A stretch of 63,232 nucleotides of DNA, filler included, from Pirum gemmata (taxonomy: Eukaryota): NCBI GenBank assembly GCA_002812295.1. It is 19 parts of 19 records of this genome, joined end to end, with 100 filler letters (N's around TTAATTAATTAA, not from the genome) between each part and the next. Parts side by side here need not be neighbours in the genome. Positions count along the whole stretch, not along the records: positions 20,298 to 23,131 come from PDIN01004368.1; positions 23,232 to 27,053 come from PDIN01004369.1; positions 27,154 to 30,014 come from PDIN01004370.1; positions 30,115 to 32,937 come from PDIN01004371.1; positions 33,038 to 35,873 come from PDIN01004372.1; 14 more parts are not named here. One strand, written 5' to 3'. This document shows, piece after piece, positions 22,902-33,241 of this stretch. The translations under genes and the position numbers were made by a program. The notes beneath the pieces are model-generated. The model saw nothing but the letters and a program-made list of their open reading frames with translations, was not told where the DNA came from and did not search any database. Within the stretch, counting starts at the first letter, position 1. Each line of letters starts with the position of its first letter.

Positions 22902-24104
22902 CTTATTTATTCCAAAAAAAAAATTTAAAAAAACGTGTTTTGTTTTGCTATAATATAAATACAACTGACCAATGAAAGTTAATAAAAGTGACCACACCAT
23001 AACCTAAAGACTGCACAAAAAAATTCTCCAAAAAAAAAAGTCTTGAAATGTGGCCGTGGCTGCGTTTTGTGAAATACTGAATAAGTTGTTTGCAATAGGA
23101 GGGGTGAGAACTCTTATGGCGAACTTTTTTGNNNNNNNNNNNNNNNNNNNNNNNNNNNNNNNNNNNNNNNNNNNNTTAATTAATTAANNNNNNNNNNNNN
23201 NNNNNNNNNNNNNNNNNNNNNNNNNNNNNNNTTTTTTTTTGCTTGGTTTTTTTTGCCTTTTTTTTGCTTTGTTTTTTTTGCCTTTTTTTTTTGCTTGGTT
23301 TTTTTTTCCCTACACGCCCACCAATTTCCAAAAAAAAATAGACAATATTATTCTAAATCGAAACAAGTTTCTTGAAAATTAGCTCGTCTTACGATCAGTA
23401 CTCGTTTTAATATTATTTTTTAACTAAAGGCTTGAAAAGCCCGATTGATTTTCGATTTTGTTTTTAGCTCGGCATTGGTCTCTTTTGGAAATAAAAATCT
23501 TGGCCTTTGGGCAGGTTGACTTTTTGGGAGACTTTTATTCAAGCTCATAAAAATTATCCACTTATAAATCAGGCATTATTGCAGCACAGTACTTTGCTCT
23601 AGCCTATGGCCTTTTTCTTGACTCGGGGGGGCAGTGGGGCACACGGTGGGGGCTGAATATTTTATGTGGGAAAAGTCATAAAAAAAAACTTGATAATAAA
23701 TAAAAATGAGTGAATAAATAAAAAGACTTTTTATATCGTTTATAAGATAATAAAAAGCATTGTATATTATACTACTAGCTAGTAGCTATGGTAGCTAGTT
23801 AGTATGATAGCTAGACTGACGATATAATCTAGTCTACAAGTTCATATGATAAAAAATAAAAATGATAACAGTTAGTCTAGACTACAGTATACTGTATATC
23901 ATACCAGGTATGCAAATATTATATCATAGTAAACTCATAGAAACTACTCATAGTAATATTATGTATTGTCGTGAAAAATACTTTTGATATTGAATGATGA
24001 ACTAAAATAAATAGGGAAATGCTGTGTTACTTCAATATTGCTATGATATGAGGTGTGTTTTTGTCGTGTTTTTATGATATCTACATAATTATACATATCG
24101 TGCT

Positions 24105-24167
<63 letters not shown>

Positions 24168-24260
24168 TNNNNNNNNNNNNNNNNNNNNNNNNNNNNNNNN
24201 NNNNNNNNNNNNNNNNNNNNNNNNNNNNNNNNNNNNNNNNNNNNNNNNNNNNNNNNNNNN

Positions 24261-24293
<33 letters not shown>

Positions 24294-24442
24294 ACCTCCT
24301 ACTCGACTATGATAGCTAGTCAGCTCTAGCTAGACCTAGCTAGCTTAGTAGCTGATATGATAGTTCAAGATATTATGATAGTTTTCAAGATACTATCGAT
24401 ACTACTAAGCTAGCTAGCTAGCTAGTAGGTGCTACTGTATAG

Positions 24443-24492
24443 TTAGGGCTAGGGTTAGGGTTAGGGTTAGGGTTAGGGTTAGGGTTAGGGTT
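24443..24492 (+). repeat. Interstitial (TTAGGG)8
   Basis: Directly visible, embedded in a CTAG-rich patch. Confidence 0.92.
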
Positions 24493-24672
24493 GTACTATG
24501 CATTATGATAGCTAGCTATCATAGTCTGATATAAAGTATCGATATGCTCTCCTGACTCTCTCCTGGCACGACTATTACTCTGTAGACTACTACTAGCTAT
24601 TCTAGCTAGCTAGGACTACTAGCTAGCTAGCTAGGGGAGTATCGATAGAGTATCGATATGATAATAATATGA

Positions 24673-24854
24673 TATCGTCCAGTTGTTCTTTAATTTGGTA
24701 CTTTTTAAGTGTACAATTGAACTTGTTTATAAAATTTAACATTTAGTATAAAGTACCAAATTAATTAAAACATGCCCGATAGTTTAGCCATAATAATAAT
24801 TTGGTATGTTTATTTCAGTTTTTGAACTGGACAACACTATTGAAAAACATGATA
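24673..24854 (-). mobile_element. MITE family A copy
   Basis: Reverse complement of the A consensus, ending ggacaacactattgaaaaacatgata. Confidence 0.78.
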
Positions 24855-24965
24855 TCATGTAAGCTGTATCATAAGTAGCTCTATATATAGACCGCGGGGA
24901 GTCTACTAGACTCTAGTATCATAGTAAAAAAAAAAATGAGACTGGGTTCTGATGAGCTAACAACA

Positions 24966-25019
<54 letters not shown>

Positions 25020-25530
25020 NAAAAAAAAAAAAATAAAAAAAAAAAACGGACCGAGTCCGTGTCTGTCCGACTGACTCACCCTTCTCGCCCTCTACTAAAC
25101 TGCTCACTCTACTGGAGCGCTGCTGGAAGTCTGCTCGACTCTGCTGGTGCTGTTGGACGGTCTTTCGGACCTGAAATAAAAAAATAAAAAGTAAGCTACT
25201 TCTCTGTACTAGCTACTAGCTAGCTAGCTAGCTAGAGCTATCGATGAAGAAGAAAAGCTATCGATAGTATGCAGCTAGCTAGCTAGCTAGGCTAGTAGTA
25301 CTCTAGCTAGCTATCAATAGTAGTAGCTACAGAGACTATGGCGTTGCGAAAAATGTTGCGAAACCATTGCGCCACTTTAACATGGCCTTTTCAAGCCTTT
25401 TCAATGGTGTAGCTAGTAGCTAGGTCTACTAGCTAGCTAGTAGTATGTCTGGTGACAGTAGATCTGTGACAGTCAAGCTTCAACGACTCTTCAATGACTT
25501 TTGGTTCCTTTTTTTTTTTTTTTTTTTTTT

Positions 25531-25754
25531 AGCTATCATACTGGATAAAAAAGGCGAGCTCAAAAATCAAAAAAATCTCAAAATGATCCAATTTTCATGA
25601 AAGTACTACCAAACTTTGAGAAATTTTCTAACTAAGAAAACTCTATTATGAACAAATGGCCAGTATTTAAAAATAATTTGGCTTGTTAGCATTTTAAAAG
25701 ATTTTAAAAAGAAGTCTAAAGAAAATAATTTCCACAGTTTTATCTGGCTTGGCT
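25531..25754 (+). mobile_element. MITE family D copy (TIR about AGCCAAGCCGGATA)
   Basis: The core gatccaattt..aaagtactaccaaa..aactaagaaaactctattatgaa is shared with 44295-44497, 47095-47265, 48699-48924 and 48958-49165. Confidence 0.72.
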
Positions 25755-26339
25755 ATTTAAAAAAAAAAAACAAATACTGAAATTTTATTGATGGGAAAAT
25801 TTTTTCTGAATTTTATTATCGACGACGATAATACTACGATAATAGTAAACTAGCTCTACGGTAAAAATGAATTAGTAATGAATATGGCATGCAAAATTAC
25901 AAATTGATACAATAACAAGGTTTGGTAAAAATATTGATGGTTACAAATACTTTACAAATCTACCTAACCCTAACCCAGCCCTAACCCTAACCATAATTGA
26001 TCATGACAAACTAGTACTAGTAGAAGAAAATCTCAAAACAAAAACCTTCAATGATAACAACAACCTTTAGAAACAGTAGTCTGTGAGTAGAAGAATAAAA
26101 TAAAATTTCTCTTTATAGAAAGAAAAAAAAAAAAAACTGTTCAAAAGTATAGATTAGCTCCCAATGATCTTTTTACTAGGATCTTTTTAGGGGAGTTTCC
26201 CAGTATTTTTTTTTTTTTAAAAAAAACTTTCTTTTTTTCCGAGCTCCTTTTTTTGTGGTTCTTGCTTCTTGATTCTTGAACGTAGACAGAAAATAGTCAG
26301 ACAGACTAGACAGTTTCGCAAACAACAATTTTATTTTAA

Positions 26340-26488
26340 AAGTATATTCTATTATTATAATATAATTATCTATTAATTTTATTCATTCCAAAAAGTCAAT
26401 TTAAATAACATTATCAGTTATATTATCATAATCAACCAAATAAATATTTGGAGTGACAATATAATTATATAAATGAAAAGCACAGTAA
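26340..26488 (+). mobile_element. Degenerate MITE family B copy
   Basis: caaccaaataaatatttggagtgacaa...aaatgaaaagcac. Confidence 0.6.
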
Positions 26489-27161
26489 TCTAGCTAGTAG
26501 CACAATATTATAAAAGAGCTATATCATATTGATATGCATAATGATTGTCTACTATCAGAATGATATTATTATATTATCTATCATATCCGATAAAGAGCCC
26601 AGCTTCTCCAGCTAGCTAGTAGCTAGCTGGTTAGACTCTCTAGCTAGGTAGCTACTAGCTAGCTAGTAGTAGCTATTATAGCTAGCTAGCTACCCTAGCT
26701 AGGCTAGCTACCGGTAGTCCGGTACGCTGGCTAGATATAGTCTAATTCTATTTTTAGCATTTTTTTTAAAAAAAAAAAAAAAAAATATGATTATGAACCA
26801 AACAAAATTAAAAATTATTTAAAATTCCAAAAATACTGCTAGCTACTGCCTACTGGTAGGCAGTGGTAGCTAGTTAGAGTCTAGTTTTAATTAACTGTCT
26901 AGCTAGCTAGTAGTAGTTAACTGTCTAGCTAGTTATCATAGGTTGTTCTAGCTAGCTAGCTATATGATACTATACCAATATAGCTACTGTAGTTTTTTTT
27001 TTTTTTTTGACTAGACTGAAAATAATTTATAATGTAGACTAGTTAGTGCTTTTNNNNNNNNNNNNNNNNNNNNNNNNNNNNNNNNNNNNNNNNNNNNTTA
27101 ATTAATTAANNNNNNNNNNNNNNNNNNNNNNNNNNNNNNNNNNNNNNNNNNNNATAGGAAA

Positions 27162-27197
<36 letters not shown>

Positions 27198-27319
27198 ATA
27201 TTGCCTTGCTCTAATAGCTACTATAAAATAATATTAAAACTGGCATTATACATTGCTTTGTGCATTGCAAAAATACATAAAAATATTTCCTATTCAATAT
27301 TCATCGTCTTAGAAATCTG

Positions 27320-27352
<33 letters not shown>

Positions 27353-27355
27353 TAG

Positions 27356-28021
27356 GTTAACGAACACATAGAAAGTGGCTGTAAATCCCACAGTCCGAAA
27401 ACTGTTTATCCTAACCAGGTATATTTCCTTGTGTTTTATTTAGTTATAGTTTATTGAAAAATTCATATTATATTGACATAGATATATAAATACGTTTTAA
27501 TATATTCATATGTGTATGAATCTATATTTTGTGGTTGTGTATTAAGTTTTTAAATTTGATTTAAAGTGCAATATGCCTAGGTGCAAAAAAAGAGAAGCAA
27601 TTAGACTTGTTTGTAATAAATGTGGTTTAAACTTCTGCATGAAACATAGGATGGAGCTAGATCACAAATGTGGGGTAACTATTTATAATTTTCATCGTAT
27701 ACATTTTTCTAAATTTTATCATTTTCATATTTTGTATTCTTTTAAAAATGGGTTTTGTTTGACATTTTTTATTTGATTACCTATGTTATTTTTTTTCAAT
27801 TGTTAATGTTAAGAATGCTTTTCAAAAGAAAATGGCATGAAATCCTAATTTATCTAAAAGATAAACATAATAAACTAACGTTTGCATGATATTAGACATC
27901 ACCGAGGCCCTCGCCTTCCCCATCACCAGGAAATAATAAGAAAAATGATTCGAAACCAAACACAAATTCTTCACGTGGAAATTCATCTTCAAGATCTAAT
28001 CAAAGAAACGCCAATGTAAGT

Positions 28022-28053
<32 letters not shown>

Positions 28054-28529
28054 GTTTTGTTTTGTTTTGTTTTTGTTTTGTTTTATTTTGTTCATTTTTT
28101 TTTTTCTTTTTTCATTCAGGCATACTCTTGATCTTTCTCATATTTTTTTATAATATAAAAAAATCTAATTTTTATTCAACAAAAACAATAGAATGATCTT
28201 AGCGAAGATGAAGCATTAGCTCGGGCTCTACAAATGTCTTTGAATGAACAGGATAATCGTCCGGAAACGCATTCTACGGAAAGGTTTACTTATTTTTTAG
28301 AAACTGTATCATGCTTCATGTTTAGTTTTAAGGGTTTCATTCCATCAAGTTTATTCTTTCATTTGTTTATCTTTTACATTATTATTATTATTATTATTAT
28401 TATTGTTGTTATGGGTTAGGGTTAGGGTTAGGGTTAGGGTTAGGGTTAGGGTTAACAATAATCGGAGTAATGATAATAGTAGTAATGGTAATAGGTTGTT
28501 ATTATTATTGTTATTCAATGGCTGATGAT

Positions 28530-28589
<60 letters not shown>

Positions 28590-28614
28590 TAGTTCTACGT
28601 GTGTGGTTAATTAA
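27356..28614 (+). CDS. ZFAND2B: ZFAND2B/AIRAPL-like AN1 zinc-finger protein, 3' exons: 27356-27418, 27567-27674, 27896-28015, 28192-28283, 28593-28614
   Basis: The spliced product reads VNEHIESGC..., then the AN1 finger CNMPRCKKREAIRLVCNKCGLNFCMKHRMELDHKC, the UIM LSEDEALARALQMSLNE, and a CaaX-like end SSTCVVN*. All exon phases are compatible. Confidence 0.85.
28413..28453 (+). repeat. (TTAGGG)6-7 inside the last intron of the ZFAND2B-like gene
   Basis: Directly visible within intron 28284-28592. Confidence 0.9.
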
Positions 28615-29016
28615 AAGTGCATCTACCAATTCAAGACACACAGTGAAAACCAACTATTAATTATGATGTAAATTTGTGACTACCTATTTCTTCGAATTAT
28701 ACTGTTTTAAATCTGAAAATGATGTAGTTTTCAAAAAGGTACAGTTTTCGGTGGATACACTTTGTAAATACGGATTGTTTCCCAATAAATGTTTTAGGCC
28801 ATTCTCAGTCACGTACCTAGTATTGAAAAAATATATGTCAGTATTTAGGTTTTACTCAAAATTATTCAAAGTCAAATACTTAAATTTACACAGTAGCACC
28901 AATATTTATGGGCAAATATGAGTTCAACACGGCCAAAAAAGAGATGAAAAGATACTTTGAATAGAGGCAACAATAACCTAAGCGCCTAAGACTTTAAAAG
29001 ACAAAAGACAACAAAC

Positions 29017-29812
29017 CATTGCGCCATGATTTAAAAAAGAGAAAATCTATAGGCAAAGATGTAAAGAAAGAGTAGAAAGCATTCCAGAGATTGCCCATTG
29101 AGCTAGTCCCTAACCCTAATGTGAGCACATGATTCGTAAGAAAGAGCGGTGAGAGGAGTTATGGTTATATATCTTACTTGTTGTTGTCCAAACTCAAACT
29201 ATACAGGAAATGCAAGTTTCGAAAATGCCCCATACCTTTGTCACTTACAGTGATATCTGCTAAGTCTACACGGCAAACGAAAAACTGTTGGGGTTTAACT
29301 TTCCCAGGTGCTAAAGGCAACACAGAAGACCACAAAACAAGAAAATCGTTACATTTATGTTAGAAGCAATAAATAATAGATAACTAACTAATAATGAGAA
29401 ATGTAAAGGCGGCATACTTTAAATTAAAAAATCCAATACTTTTACCATGACAATTTATGGCCGACAATTAATAATAATTGTAAGTGTACTGGTGGAAATA
29501 CCAATGAATAGTAGGTATGTAATAAATATTAACTTAAAAAAAACTGATTAATAAGAGCGATAAATAAAAGTAACCATTAGCAATAGATGTTACAACTTAA
29601 TATCCTTACAAAAATAGGACGCAAAAGTATTTTCCTCTTCTAAGGTTGGAAGTTGTTGCATAGTTGTTACCCAAGGTAAACTTTTTTCTTTCGCTTGTAA
29701 TAAACTGGAAGCACTTTTTCCTTTATTTGTATCTTCAGTGATCCCATGAGCAGAATCAAGTCCCAGAATTTTTAATTGTCCACCCATTCTTATTACAAAT
29801 TCAGCTGCCACT
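29017..29812 (-). CDS. Internal exons of an unknown large protein (candidates 29812-29610, 29310-29248, 29198-29178, 29046 to about 29017); weakly VPS13-like in pattern
   Basis: Phase-compatible GT-AG joins give ...GGQLKILGLD...NTFASYFSPGKVKPQQFFVCRVDLADITFEFGQQQIFSFLNHGAM. The family guess is only an impression. Confidence 0.45.
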
Positions 29813-29899
29813 CTTGAACACAATATAATAATAAATCGAAAAACCATCATTATCAATATTATTATTATTATTATTATTATTATTATGGATATATATTTA

Positions 29900-29951
<52 letters not shown>

Positions 29952-30294
29952 GTTATTGTTGTTATTATTATCATCAATCATCAATCATCATCAATCATCA
30001 TCATCATCATCATCNNNNNNNNNNNNNNNNNNNNNNNNNNNNNNNNNNNNNNNNNNNNTTAATTAATTAANNNNNNNNNNNNNNNNNNNNNNNNNNNNNN
30101 NNNNNNNNNNNNNNTTATTATTATTATTAAAACATTATAATTGTTCTTAAACAACTGACCAGCTTAATATTAACCTTTTATAATATGAATTTCGGTTATT
30201 AGACCTCTACAAATTGCAAAATCAAACAATAATCCAACACAAAAGGTAACACTAACTATTCGATTTATTTACTTAATTTAACTACGAAAAAACC

Positions 30295-32454
30295 ATGGGG
30301 CAACAACCAATTGCAAACGAAAATGATAAAAGCTTTAAGAAGAAGAAACATATCAAAAACAAAAGCTTGAGCTTTGAAAGGTTCAATTTTAACTCGATCA
30401 TGAACAACAACAACAATACCAACAATGACAATAACAACGATAACAACAACAACAGCAGCAACAACAGCAACAATACCACACTCAATCAACGTAGAAATAG
30501 CTTAAATAATCACTCTAAATACTGGTTAAGTGAAATGTGGTATGATTTATTAACTTGTTTCCCAAACGAGGTTAAAACTGTTTATTATAAAAAGCAAAAC
30601 CGATTGTCATTATTAATGAACAAAAGTAATAGCTTCACTTATAACAGTAGCAATCATAACAACAACATCAATAATAATAATGAAAATTATAATAATAACA
30701 ATAGCAATAACAATAGCAATAACAATAGCTACGTCACAGGAGAAAACATGTATATTTGGATGACTCAATTTTTAATACGCTGGGGCTGGACTTTACCTAA
30801 ACGAGCAAATATGTTAGGTATGTGTCAAAATTTATTGGATTTAGGTCATCTAACCGTAGTTAAAAACGATAATAACAATGAAACAAACAACACTTACAAT
30901 AACAACACCGTGAACAGTAATAGCTTTAATTTTGACAATTTCTATGATGAAAGGGATGGCCATAAACTCAATTTCAGTAAATCTTCTAAAAGTATTTATA
31001 TGATTACTGTGAAAGATTGCTTGAAACCGGATTTACAATTAAACAATGAGAATAAGAATAATTCCAACAGAGGAGGGTTAAGTAATAATCGCAATCGCCA
31101 TAATGGAGTGATGGGCTTGCAGAAAACTTTGAGTAACCATTCTGAAGAAAATTTTGTTATGATGGACCATTTGGATATTTTAAACGCCACTTCTACAACT
31201 AGCAATGCCAAACCCACAAAAACCAATACCACGAAAAATGATACTAATAATATTAATAACGACTCTTACGAAGAAGAAGAAGAAGAAATGGAGGATGACG
31301 ACAAATTTGAAAGTAGTGACAGTGATGGAAATGATAGTAATCACCCACAATTAATGAGTGGTGTGAAAAAGCTTTATGGTTTGAAGGTTGAAATCGACGT
31401 ATTGGGTTCTAATGTTACGGGGGGGAATTTTAACAACACTGGCTTCTCTCGAGGTAGAACTGTCAGTATGTACTTACCTTCAAACAAACCAACGCCGACA
31501 TTCTACTCATCATCGCCAATACCAATGTCACCAACTAAAAGTACATCATCAGCGACAACAAAAACGTCAGTACCTGCTCCAACAACAACACCATCAACCG
31601 CATCACCTGTATCAACCGCATCACCTGTATCAACCGCATCACCTGTATCAACCACATCAACCGCACCAACTACATCAACCTCATCAACCTCGTCATCTAC
31701 AACCGCAGCAACAAAATCTAAGTTTATGTCTTTCAAATCTAAATCTAAAAACGCAAACATACCAACTCCATCCAATAATAAGAAAAATGATAACCACAGC
31801 AATAATAACAGTAACGACTGCGGTAACAATAACACCAGTAAAAATAATAACAATGGAAATAACACTAATGCTAATGCTAATGCTAATAATGCTAATGTCA
31901 ATGCTAATGTCAATGCTAATGTCAATGCTAATGTCAATGCTAATGTCAATGCTAATGTCAATGTCAATGCTAATGCTAATGCTAATGATAATACTGATGC
32001 TAACAAGAGCAACAAGAATAACACACAAACTTCCAAACGAAGATCTACATTTTCAAAAAATCGTTCCTCTATCAGGTCTGCCTTATCTTCGTCATCTCTG
32101 CATTCAATTCTTAACGGGAAGAAAAATAATTTGCCCAATATGAATCCCGAAGTGATTCACGAACACTCAGATGATTTAAAAATCGTAAAAAGTAAAAGCG
32201 ATATGGAGTTACCCGTAACATGCAGTGAAAATAATGTAAGTATTACGAGTGATATTGACAACAATACCAATACCAATAATAATATTCAAGAGGAAAAAAG
32301 CGACACAACTGTAGCTGGCAACATTAGCAAAGTTAAAACTGACTTACAGATTTTAAAGGAAGAACTTGAATTTTTACGTAAGGAAGGGCAACAAACTGAC
32401 CAACAATTGAATTTGGTTTTAGAAAATATGCCTAAAATGAGAATGGTTATGTGA
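30295..32454 (+). CDS. Asn/Ser/Thr-rich protein with a DEP domain (DEPDC1/4/7-like); probably one large exon of a longer gene
   Basis: KYWLSEMWYDLLTCF...VTGENMYIWM...RANMLGMCQNLLDLGHLTVV...FSKSSKSIY follows the DEP pattern. There is a C-terminal coiled coil and a possible GTGAGT donor at about 32450. Confidence 0.65.
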   Translation: MGQQPIANENDKSFKKKKHIKNKSLSFERFNFNSIMNNNNNTNNDNNNDNNNNSSNNSNNTTLNQRRNSLNNHSKYWLSEMWYDLLTCFPNEVKTVYYKKQNRLSLLMNKSNSFTYNSSNHNNNINNNNENYNNNNSNNNSNNNSYVTGENMYIWMTQFLIRWGWTLPKRANMLGMCQNLLDLGHLTVVKNDNNNETNNTYNNNTVNSNSFNFDNFYDERDGHKLNFSKSSKSIYMITVKDCLKPDLQLNNENKNNSNRGGLSNNRNRHNGVMGLQKTLSNHSEENFVMMDHLDILNATSTTSNAKPTKTNTTKNDTNNINNDSYEEEEEEMEDDDKFESSDSDGNDSNHPQLMSGVKKLYGLKVEIDVLGSNVTGGNFNNTGFSRGRTVSMYLPSNKPTPTFYSSSPIPMSPTKSTSSATTKTSVPAPTTTPSTASPVSTASPVSTASPVSTTSTAPTTSTSSTSSSTTAATKSKFMSFKSKSKNANIPTPSNNKKNDNHSNNNSNDCGNNNTSKNNNNGNNTNANANANNANVNANVNANVNANVNANVNANVNVNANANANDNTDANKSNKNNTQTSKRRSTFSKNRSSIRSALSSSSLHSILNGKKNNLPNMNPEVIHEHSDDLKIVKSKSDMELPVTCSENNVSITSDIDNNTNTNNNIQEEKSDTTVAGNISKVKTDLQILKEELEFLRKEGQQTDQQLNLVLENMPKMRMVM

Positions 32455-33241
32455 GTTAGGCTTTGTATAATATTATATAGAAACAAGAATAATAATAATA
32501 AAAATTGTAAAATGTTTTTTTGCGTGAAACTTTTTTAATTTGACCATTATTATTATTCTTAGTATTCTTATTCTTATTATTATTCTTGTTATTATTATTA
32601 TTATTATTATTATTTTATTTTAAAAAAATTTCCCATCACCACCAGGGGTGGGGAACAGGTGTCCATATAGTAAAAGACTATGATATTTTACACCCTTGTG
32701 TGTCAGAACCACTTATGATACAAGGTTAATTATTTATAGATTGTAGTTGGTCGGTGAGGACGTATTCGCCCTTGGTGGGGTGGATTATTATAGGAACTCG
32801 TAACAGGAGAGGGTCGGGTCGTTGCGAAGTTGCCCTAGCTAGGATTGTGGTGGGAGATTTTGCTCTGTTGTTTTTATTCTTCTTATTATTCTTATTATTA
32901 TTATTATTATTATTATTCTTATTATTATTCTTATTATNNNNNNNNNNNNNNNNNNNNNNNNNNNNNNNNNNNNNNNNNNNNTTAATTAATTAANNNNNNN
33001 NNNNNNNNNNNNNNNNNNNNNNNNNNNNNNNNNNNNNAAAAAAAAAAAAAAAAAAAAAAAAACAAAAACAAAAACAAAATCAAAAAAACAAAAAACCAAA
33101 AAATCAAAAACCAAAAACCAAAACAAAACATTTAAAAAAAAAGTACTAAGGTTTAGTATTTTTTTTATAAACAAAAACCAAAAAACAAACAAAAAAAACA
33201 AAAACAAAAACAAAAACAAAACCAACCCAAAAACAAAAAAA

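Noticed and set aside
29420..29540. Coding-looking stretch with in-frame TAA suggesting stop-codon reassignment
   Set aside because: The flanking exons splice in phase without it, and well-supported genes end in TAA.
31388..32143. Overlapping 251-aa and 211-aa ORFs inside the DEP-domain gene
   Set aside because: They are alternative frames of low-complexity coding repeats.
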